Made by a program: the position numbers and the translations under genes
The notes under the pieces: generated by a model
Seen by the model: only the letters and a program-made list of their open reading frames with translations
What the model was told of the DNA's origin: nothing
The model's database searches: none
Part shown: positions 57,437 through 64,000 of the stretch, in pieces
How the letters are laid out: each line of letters opens with the position of its first letter
How positions within the stretch are numbered: position 1 is the stretch's first letter
Assembly (NCBI GenBank): GCA_023261845.1
Contig: JALNJZ010000004.1
Span: 3,272-67,271 of the forward strand
Length of the DNA stretch: 64,000 nt
From: Candidatus Terraquivivens tengchongensis
Lineage (GTDB): Archaea > Thermoproteota > Nitrososphaeria_A > Caldarchaeales > Wolframiiraptoraceae
Direction: 5' to 3'

Positions 57437-58546
57437 ATGGTTAAGTGGAGACTGCTGGACCTGGGCTTTGCGGACCACTTGATGGCTCAAACATTCTATG
57501 AGGCAACTGCGAAGGTCCTTGACGAAGGCTTAGTAACCAACACACTCATACTTGTAATTCCGAAAAACCCTTACGTCTGTATAGGGTTTCATCAAGAGCT
57601 GGAGAAAGAGGTAGATGTAGAGTATTGCAAGCAAGCGGGCTTGCCGATAATCCGTAGGACGCAAGGAGGTGGGGCCGTCTATCTTGATAGCAACCAGCTC
57701 TTCTATCAGGTTGTGGCAAGAAAGGATGACGAGCTCGTGCCGTCGAATGTGGAAAGGCTTTTCGAGAAATTCCTAGGCGTGACTGTGTATGTTTACCGAA
57801 AGCTAGGCCTACCAGCTGAGTTTAAGCCGATTAACGACGTCGTGGTTAGGGGTAAAAAGATATCTGGAAACGGTGCAGGCGTATTCGGAAACAATGCAGT
57901 GATTCTCGTAGGCAACATAATACTCGACCTAGATTACGAGTCCATGTGTAGGATTCTAAGAGTCCCAGATGAGAAGTTCAAGGATAAAATGGCCCGCAGC
58001 ATGAGGGAGTGGGTTACATCTCTGAAGAATGAGCTGGGTTATGTGCCGGAACTTGAAGAAATCAAGAGACTTATAATTGAAGGTTACAGGGAGCTGCTTG
58101 GAATCGAGCTCGAGGAGGTAAGTCCATCAAAGGAGGAGCTTGAAATATGGGAGAACGAGGTGAAGCCTAGGCACCTATCTGCAGAATGGCTCTACATGCT
58201 GGAGGGGAGGCATGGATGGCTGGCGGACGGTAGGGTTGTTAAAGTTTCATCCTCTGTCAAACTGGTCGAAGTGGCTTACAAGGCGAGTAAGCTCATCAGG
58301 ATAACGGCCGAGGTTGTTGATGGTAAACTGTCGGATGTTTTAATCTCTGGCGACTTTTTCATGATCCCGGAAAGCAACGTCGTTAAGCTCGAGGAAGTGC
58401 TGAAGGGCTCTCCGCTAGAAATGAACGAAATACTCAAAAGGATTGAAAGCTTCTACCAAGAAACAGGCACGCAGACACCGGGGATAACTGCTGAAGATTT
58501 TGCTAAAGGTATCCTGAAGATTAAAGAGGCAATAAAGGGTGTTTAA
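57437..58546 (+). CDS. lplA: Lipoate--protein ligase A family protein
   Basis: 369 aa with the RRxxGGGAVY motif (RRTQGGGAVYLD) and the catalytic Lys context (GKKISGNGA), plus an accessory C-terminal domain. Confidence 0.8.
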   Translation: MVKWRLLDLGFADHLMAQTFYEATAKVLDEGLVTNTLILVIPKNPYVCIGFHQELEKEVDVEYCKQAGLPIIRRTQGGGAVYLDSNQLFYQVVARKDDELVPSNVERLFEKFLGVTVYVYRKLGLPAEFKPINDVVVRGKKISGNGAGVFGNNAVILVGNIILDLDYESMCRILRVPDEKFKDKMARSMREWVTSLKNELGYVPELEEIKRLIIEGYRELLGIELEEVSPSKEELEIWENEVKPRHLSAEWLYMLEGRHGWLADGRVVKVSSSVKLVEVAYKASKLIRITAEVVDGKLSDVLISGDFFMIPESNVVKLEEVLKGSPLEMNEILKRIESFYQETGTQTPGITAEDFAKGILKIKEAIKGV

Positions 58547-58597
58547 GTTTTTGAAAGTAATCAATAAATATTTACAGATGACACCTTCCGGCTCGAA

Positions 58598-59983
58598 ATG
58601 AACGATTATCCTAAAAAAAGAGTTGCATTGCTTGTCACCACGATTGGGTCTTTTCTTACACCGTTCATGGGCTCTTCAATAAACGTCGCCCTGCCATCTA
58701 TGGCGAAAGAGTTCGCGATGGACGTTATCCTCATGAATTGGGTAGCTATGTCGTTTCTTCTGGCGGCCGCGGCATTCCTCGTGCCTTTCGGGAGAGTTGC
58801 TGACCTTTACGGAAGAAAGAGGGTCTTCTTATATGGCTTGATTGTTTACACGATTTTTTCATCTCTTTCGGCCACTTCCACATCTCCTATTCTCATAATC
58901 TTCTATAGAGCATTCCAAGGTGTTGGGGGTGCGATGATATTCGCCACTGCCGCAGCAATACTGACTTCGGTATTCCCACTTGGCGAGAGGGGGAAGGCCC
59001 TCGGCATAAACGCAGCTTCAATCTACTTGGGGCTTTCGCTAGGCCCGTCTCTAGGTGGCTTGATGACCCAGAACCTAGGTTGGAGGAGTCTCTTCATCTT
59101 GAACGCGGTTATCGGTCTGATAGCAATCCTCATCGTTTTTTGGAAGTTAGATGGTGAGTGGGCCGAAGCGAAGGGTGAAAAGTTTGACTTGATAGGTTCT
59201 ACAACCTACGGACTGGCGCTCGTCGTCACGATGTACGGTATATCTTTACTTCCTTATGAGTTGGGGTTGCTTTTGGCAGGCCTAGGTGTTTTAGGCCTCA
59301 CGACGTTCGTCGTTTGGGAATCTAGGATGAAAAGCCCTGTGCTCAACATAAGCCTGTTCAGAAATAACGTTACGTTTGCATTCTCCAATCTTGCGGCTCT
59401 GATAAACTATAGCGCGACGTTTGCCGTAGGCTATCTGTTGAGTCTCTATCTACAGAACGTGAAGGGGCTTAGTCCCCAGAATGCTGGTATGATACTGCTC
59501 GTCCAACCTGCCATGATGGCTATCTTTTCACCGGTTGCGGGCAGGCTTTCAGACAAGATAGAGCCGAGGGTTCTTGCATCGGTCGGTATGGCATTAACGG
59601 CTGTATCGCTTTTCCTATTCACTTCCCTCAGCGAGCAGACAACCACAGGCTTCATAACGGCCAACTTACTTTTGATAGGACTCGGGTTCGGACTCTTTTC
59701 ATCTCCCAATACGAATGCCGTCATGAGCTCCGTAGAGAGGAGGTTTTATGGAGTCGCATCCGCGACGCTTGCGACGATGCGGTCCGTTGGTCAGATGCTG
59801 AGCATGGGCATAGTAACTACTGTATTCGCCGTCTACATGGGCAGAGTCCAAATAACTCCTGAATACTATCCGGTTTTCCTGAAGAGCGTTAACTTGGCGT
59901 TCATAATCTTCTCAGCACTCTGCTTTGTAGGTATTTTCGCGTCGTTGTTAAGAGGCAGACTAAGTAGTTTTCCGAGGCATTAA
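58598..59983 (+). CDS. MFS transporter, DHA2/EmrB-like (14 TM)
   Basis: 461 aa with MFS motif A (GRVADLYGRKRV) and motif C-like AFQGVGGAMIFA. Confidence 0.82.
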   Translation: MNDYPKKRVALLVTTIGSFLTPFMGSSINVALPSMAKEFAMDVILMNWVAMSFLLAAAAFLVPFGRVADLYGRKRVFLYGLIVYTIFSSLSATSTSPILIIFYRAFQGVGGAMIFATAAAILTSVFPLGERGKALGINAASIYLGLSLGPSLGGLMTQNLGWRSLFILNAVIGLIAILIVFWKLDGEWAEAKGEKFDLIGSTTYGLALVVTMYGISLLPYELGLLLAGLGVLGLTTFVVWESRMKSPVLNISLFRNNVTFAFSNLAALINYSATFAVGYLLSLYLQNVKGLSPQNAGMILLVQPAMMAIFSPVAGRLSDKIEPRVLASVGMALTAVSLFLFTSLSEQTTTGFITANLLLIGLGFGLFSSPNTNAVMSSVERRFYGVASATLATMRSVGQMLSMGIVTTVFAVYMGRVQITPEYYPVFLKSVNLAFIIFSALCFVGIFASLLRGRLSSFPRH

Positions 59984-60049
59984 GTGAATAATAAACAAAC
60001 TAGGCTAGACTGTTCGGTAACCCTATCATCACCTTTACAGCATTTAACC

Positions 60050-60160
60050 CTAAGATTGCTTCGCACCAGAGGCTTTCGACCTACACTTGTCACATACTCT
60101 TTTGCCTTCAACATAGTACAGATTTTCTGTCTTCCTTCCACATATCTGACACTTCGGCAT
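60050..60160 (-). CDS. Candidate 36-aa zinc-ribbon protein, below the ORF-track cutoff
   Basis: My own translation gives ATG 60160, MPKCQICGRKTENLYYVEGKRVCDKCRSKASGAKQS, and TAG at 60050-60052. The CxxC-x15-CxxC pattern is typical of small archaeal zinc-beta-ribbon proteins. The listed ORFs over this region are in other frames and look spurious. Confidence 0.4.
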   Translation of the reverse strand: MPKCQICGRKTENLYYVEGKRVCDKCRSKASGAKQS

Positions 60161-60265
60161 GTCAATCCCTTATTAGTATTACATCAGCGCATATTTTTGC
60201 TTTCCATCCAATGTCCCTTATATTGGACCTATAAAGGACATTAGGGGGTGTACGATGAGTTTAGG

Positions 60266-60358
60266 CGCCGGGGGCGGGATTTGAACCCGCGCGGCCATAG
60301 GCCACCGGTTTAGCAGACCGGCCCCTTCGGCAGACCTACCGGGCTAGGGCACCCCGGC
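60266..60358 (-). tRNA. tRNA-Ser (GCU), class II, with ~11 extra nt in the D-arm region (probable short non-canonical intron)
   Basis: Hand-folded. Acceptor: GCCGGGG/CCCCGGC. Anticodon arm: CCGGU-CUGCUAA-ACCGG. Long variable arm: UGGCC-UAU-GGCCGC. T arm: GCGGG-UUCAAAU-CCCGC. The discriminator is G73. The segment from position 9 to 26 is 29 nt against the ~18 expected. Confidence 0.8.
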
Positions 60359-60625
60359 TGAAAGCACGCGTAACACTCTCTTCGTCTCCTTTCTATCTTA
60401 CCATTTCATAAGCTTTTACTAAGGGTCCCGATGTGTTTCTCTGCGTTCTACGATTTTAAGAAAAAAGGAAAGTCGGCTACTTTCTAAAAGGATCTTCTAG
60501 GTTGTTTACCGAAAAGCTTATATTCTTTCGCTGGAGTTTATAAAGTACCCAGCAAAAGGGGCACCAGCGAGAGGTTGGGAGAATAAAGTGGCCTAATTCC
60601 CGGAAAAACCGGGGAATTAGGCTCG
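60359..60625 (+). promoter_or_regulatory. Putative CRISPR leader with TATA-like box and a junction hairpin
   Basis: This AT-rich 267-nt segment lies between tRNA-Ser and the first repeat. TTTATAAA at 60537-60544 is ~80 nt upstream of repeat 1. A 13-bp hairpin spans 60591-60622. Confidence 0.5.
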
Positions 60626-61536
60626 GAATCTCAAAAAGAGAATTGAAAGTTTGGATGCCTTTTGCAATACCTGGTGCAAAGAGGCCGCAACATGTGAAGG
60701 TAAGAATCTCAAAAAGAGAATTGAAAGTTTGGATGCCTTTCTCCAAAAGGCGCTATGATTGGAACGTGGATAAGGCGAAGGAATCTCAAAAAGAGAATTG
60801 AAAGTTTGGATGCCTTGTATAATTGAGTCCTCCTCTGGAATTGTGTCCGAATAGCGAATCTCAAAAAGAGAATTGAAAGTTTGGATGCCTTGTCGAGATG
60901 GCCTTCGATTATAGCATCCTCAGGATAATATCGAATCTCAAAAAGAGAATTGAAAGTTTGGATGCCTTGTCAGCGCTACTGCATCAGTTCCGGGATAGAC
61001 GAATCTCAAAAAGAGAATTGAAAGTATTTAGAGCAATAAAAGGGTGATGGTATGTTTGAATGGCGAATCTCAAAAAGAGAATTGAAAGTTGGATGTTAAT
61101 TTTCACAAATTCACCACTGCCAACTATTTCCGAATCTCAAAAAGAGAATTGAAAGTAAATCCTTTCCTAATATTCCTGTGAGCCACATAAAGCAAGAATC
61201 TCAAAAAGAGAATTGAAAGTCAATAGGAGTTATCGGTGAGTCAGATAGTTCCGCTATAATGAATCTCAAAAAGAGAATTGAAAGTGTCAATTCCCGCTGG
61301 TGTTATTCTCGTGGCTTCTATCAGAATCTCAAAAAGAGAATTGAAAGATCAATTTTATCTTTTTCACCCGAACCATCGCTTGATGCCCATAAATCTCAAA
61401 AAGAGAATTGAAAGTCTTTTTGGTCGGGCTCTCTAAATTCCTGCCACCATCACAAAGAATCTCAAAAAGAGAATTGAAAGACCTTTTGGCCCAGAGTGCT
61501 CGGGCCACCCCTGAAAAAGAATCTCAAAAAGAGAAT
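60626..61536 (+). CRISPR. CRISPR array: 13 full 24-nt repeats (GAATCTCAAAAAGAGAATTGAAAG), one truncated terminal repeat, and 13 spacers
   Basis: Repeat starts are 60626, 60704, 60781, 60856, 60933, 61001, 61065, 61132, 61196, 61261, 61324, 61391 (G1->A variant) and 61457, with a truncated repeat at 61519-61536. Spacer lengths in order are 54, 53, 51, 53, 44, 40, 43, 40, 41, 39, 43, 42 and 38. The repeat ends in ATTGAAAG, the canonical 8-nt crRNA 5' handle, and the degenerate repeat is at the right end, so transcription is inferred left to right. Confidence 0.95.
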
Positions 61537-61671
61537 ACCCCACGACAACCCTCATGGAGCAACATTTCTACTGCCATCAGACCATAGGAATATTTGAAGC
61601 AAACACCCAACGGAGTAAGACATTAATCGTGTAGTTCCTGAAGAGCTTACCAAGGTTATTCGACGAGGTGT

Positions 61672-62094
61672 TCACTCAATTTTTTCTAAGATAATTGCTG
61701 GACATATCCTAGTTATTCCGTCTATGTTTTCAAGTTTTTTTACGAATTCTGAAAGCTTACTCATATTCTTGAACCAGCACTCTATAAGTATCATGTGGTC
61801 TCCAGATGAAGTATAAAGGTTTAAGATCTCTTCCATGCTCTGTAACCTTTCCAGTACCTGGATAAGCTTTTCAGGATAGGCATCCAAACCGATGAGTGCA
61901 TGGACTTCGAATCCAAGCTTCTTTAAATCAACTTCGACGGTAAATCGTTTTATGATCTTTTCAGATTCAAGCTTTCTGATCCTCTTCCTTATAGCCGCTT
62001 CTGTTACACCAAATATCTTCGCTAATTCAACGCAAGTCTTCCTGGAATCTTTCATTAGAACCTTTATAAGGTCTAAGTCCGTAAATCGAACCAT
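61672..62094 (-). CDS. Lrp/AsnC-family transcriptional regulator
   Basis: 140 aa. It has an N-terminal HTH (DSRKTCVELAKIFGVTEAAIRKRIRKLESEKII) and a C-terminal RAM/AsnC_trans_reg domain. Confidence 0.88.
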   Translation of the reverse strand: MVRFTDLDLIKVLMKDSRKTCVELAKIFGVTEAAIRKRIRKLESEKIIKRFTVEVDLKKLGFEVHALIGLDAYPEKLIQVLERLQSMEEILNLYTSSGDHMILIECWFKNMSKLSEFVKKLENIDGITRICPAIILEKIE

Positions 62095-62151
62095 AAAATA
62101 TTAATAAAAGAACCTCTTAATAAATGATTAAGAACCTGGGGGGTTATAAAA

Positions 62152-62811
62152 ATGGAAGCGGTTGGGGTAAGAAAACTCCCTATGATAGGAGATAGGATAC
62201 CAAGCTTCAAAGCTATGACGACTAAGGGCTTCATCGACTTCCCGGACTATTATAAAGGGAAATGGGTTGTGCTGTTTTCCCACCCAGCCGACTTCACCCC
62301 TGTCTGTACGACCGAATTCTATGCATTCCAGAAAAAATACGATGAGTTCAGAAAATTAAACTGTGAGCTTATCGCCCTCAGCGTAGACCAGGTTTTCAGT
62401 CACATAGAATGGGTCAGATGGATCAAAGAGAATCTTAATTTGACCATCGAGTTCCCAATTATAGCTGACGACACGGGTAATATTTCAGCGATGCTCGGAA
62501 TGATTCATCCGAATAAGGGGACGAATACTGTTAGGGCGGTCTTAATAATTGACCCTGAAGGAATTCTCAGAGCCATGTTCTACTATCCGCACGAGCTTGG
62601 AAGAAACATAGATGAAATACTGAGAGCCGTAAAGGGTATCCAAACGGCAGATAAGTTTAAAGTAGCGATCCCGGCCAACTGGCCAAACAACGAACTCATC
62701 GGTGACAAAGTAATAGTTCCGCCAGCAACCGACGAGAAAACAGCAGAAGATAGAATGAAGCAGTACAAAGGATACGCCTGGTGGTTCGTGTACAAAGAAC
62801 TCGAGAAATAG
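62152..62811 (+). CDS. Peroxiredoxin (Prx6/1-Cys-like archaeal type)
   Basis: 219 aa with the peroxidatic Cys motif [14 protein letters not shown] and downstream WP... Confidence 0.9.
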   Translation: MEAVGVRKLPMIGDRIPSFKAMTTKGFIDFPDYYKGKWVVLFSHPADFTPVCTTEFYAFQKKYDEFRKLNCELIALSVDQVFSHIEWVRWIKENLNLTIEFPIIADDTGNISAMLGMIHPNKGTNTVRAVLIIDPEGILRAMFYYPHELGRNIDEILRAVKGIQTADKFKVAIPANWPNNELIGDKVIVPPATDEKTAEDRMKQYKGYAWWFVYKELEK

Positions 62812-62918
62812 TAAATCGAAATTCTACTTAATTAAATCTCTAACTATTTTTTGTTTTTAATGTTCGAAATATGAACCAAATCTTTAATTATAGATTAAGA
62901 GGTTAGAAAGTTCTTGAA

Positions 62919-64000
62919 ATGAACTTACGAGGGACACTCGATTTATCAGCATTAGGAATATACATCCATTCGATAACCGTCGCCATAGTTATAGGATTCT
63001 CAATTACACTAACTATAATAGAGTTTTTAGGCATTAGGAAGAAGGATGCTAGCTATATAAGACTCGCCAAGCAGTTATCCCTAGTAATAGCAATCGCGTT
63101 TGTATTTGGAGCAGCGACTGGGACGCTAGTAGAATTTGGACTCGTGTAAGTATGGAATGGTGTAATCCTGGCCATCGGATCGTTCTTTTTCACTCCACTA
63201 TTTTTAGAGTTGGTAGCTTTTATAATCGAAGCAACATTGCTGGTTGCATTACTGTACACCTGGGATAAATTCAAGAATCCTTGGACCCATTGGATGATAA
63301 CGGTCACCTACACGGCGGGCGCGTTGTTCTCGGGGTTGCTGATAACTTCTGTAAATTCTTGGATGCAGGCACCATGGGGAACAGGAGAAATAGTTAAGAT
63401 AATTTATCCATGGGCTCCTGTATACGGTCCAACAGCAATAAACATCAACTTCCTGATAACCGTTAAAGAAGTATTGGTGAGCACGAGAGTAAACTTCGCA
63501 GCGTCTGGAGCATCTATAATTAACCCAACCATACTAAATACGTTATTTAGTTCTTATGGTGAGTTGCTGAAAGATCCGTGGGTATCTTTAACAAGCCCAT
63601 ATGCTTTAACGAGCATAGTACATCAACTTCTCGCCACGACAGTCGTGGGAGTTTTCTGGATAGCGGGAGCGCTTGCATACAAGGGACTGAGAAAGAAAGA
63701 GAAAAGAGATTACTATCTAAGGCTATTCAAAACGGTTGCGTTGATAGGTTCGATATTATTAATTATTCAAGGAATAGAAGGTCATGAACAAGGTCTAATG
63801 ATATACATCTATCAACCAACTAAGTTCGCTATGATATCCGGTTTAGAGAAATCTGGACCATATGTGCCAGCGGGATTAACGATCTTTGGGGATCCAAATT
63901 ACGTATTCAAAGGCTTCGATTACCTACTCCAAATGTCTGAGAATCGTCCAAACCCGAGCCTTAAAATAGGAGGTGTATCGGTTAAGGAAATAGCTCTAGC
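62919..64000 (+). pseudogene. cydA: Cytochrome bd-type quinol oxidase subunit I (CydA-like), interrupted by one in-frame TAA at 63147-63149; it continues past the window end
   Basis: The N-terminal 76 codons contain the His ligand context (IYIHSITV) and GTLVEFGLV, which aligns to E. coli MEFQFGTNW. The same frame is open from 63150 to 64000, by my codon-by-codon translation. That part encodes WNGV..., WMQAPWG, and the second His context (IVHQLLATTVVG). Confidence 0.7.

Noticed and set aside
59980-60244. Two overlapping track ORFs (61 aa minus, 86 aa plus) between the MFS gene and tRNA-Ser
   Set aside because: Neither has motifs or convincing composition. A different minus-strand frame encodes a clean 36-aa CxxC...CxxC peptide, which explains the open region better. 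Even that is reported only at low confidence.
60477-60746. 89-aa minus-strand ORF (MEKGIQTFNSLFEI...) from the ORF track
   Set aside because: It reads through the CRISPR leader and the first two repeats. Its internal duplication (KGIQTFNSLFEI twice) is simply the translated repeat plus the conserved 12-nt block, so it is not a gene.
63147-63149. In-frame TAA in cydA as a recoded (Sec/Pyl) codon
   Set aside because: Selenocysteine uses UGA and pyrrolysine uses UAG, and no recoding system is known for UAA. Pseudogene, sequencing error or low-level readthrough are the realistic options.

Overview
This window looks like a gene-dense chromosomal segment (about 46-48% GC by eye) from a hyperthermophilic crenarchaeon (Thermoproteota). 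The best guess is a Thermofilum/Thermoproteales-like lineage, which is inference. The supporting markers are sn-glycerol-1-phosphate dehydrogenase, class I LysRS, a Sulfolobus-type single-OB SSB, Hjc, NreA, Taw1, archaeal DTD2 and PurP. Two tRNAs appear to carry short non-canonical insertions, and a CRISPR array has the crenarchaeal 24-nt repeat GAATCTCAAAAAGAGAATTGAAAG. Most of the window is core metabolism and information processing: an OFOR beta subunit, ValRS, Moco genes moaB/moaC/moaE, NAD salvage pncA/pncB, class I and class II fumarase/aspartase genes, and a purP-purP-guaB-purA purine block. It also holds uS11 and uS4 at separate loci, a split MgtE-like transporter with a PhoU/TrkA-C protein, several radical SAM enzymes, and an isolated NuoL/NuoM pair. 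The accessory-looking parts are a low-GC glycosyltransferase islet (about 44.1-45.1 kb), an AT-rich non-coding segment after purA (38.25-38.55 kb), and the tRNA-Ser/CRISPR locus (60.0-61.6 kb). The most unusual observation concerns the five leader-proximal CRISPR units. Each carries the same 12-14 nt block (TTTGGATGCCTT...) immediately 3' of the 24-nt repeat. Four of those spacers are about 12 nt longer than every other spacer, as if the duplicated repeat unit had grown to 36 nt over successive acquisitions. No cas genes are visible anywhere in the 64 kb. Other points worth a second look: a cydA-like gene interrupted by one in-frame TAA; a DNA methyltransferase whose N-terminus is out of frame at a T6 run; a coiled-coil/zinc-ribbon plus wHTH gene pair sitting among SSB, Hjc, NreA and MazG; and two small zinc-finger-like ORFs below the ORF-track cutoff. 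All functional calls come from motif and family recognition by eye, with no database searches run.
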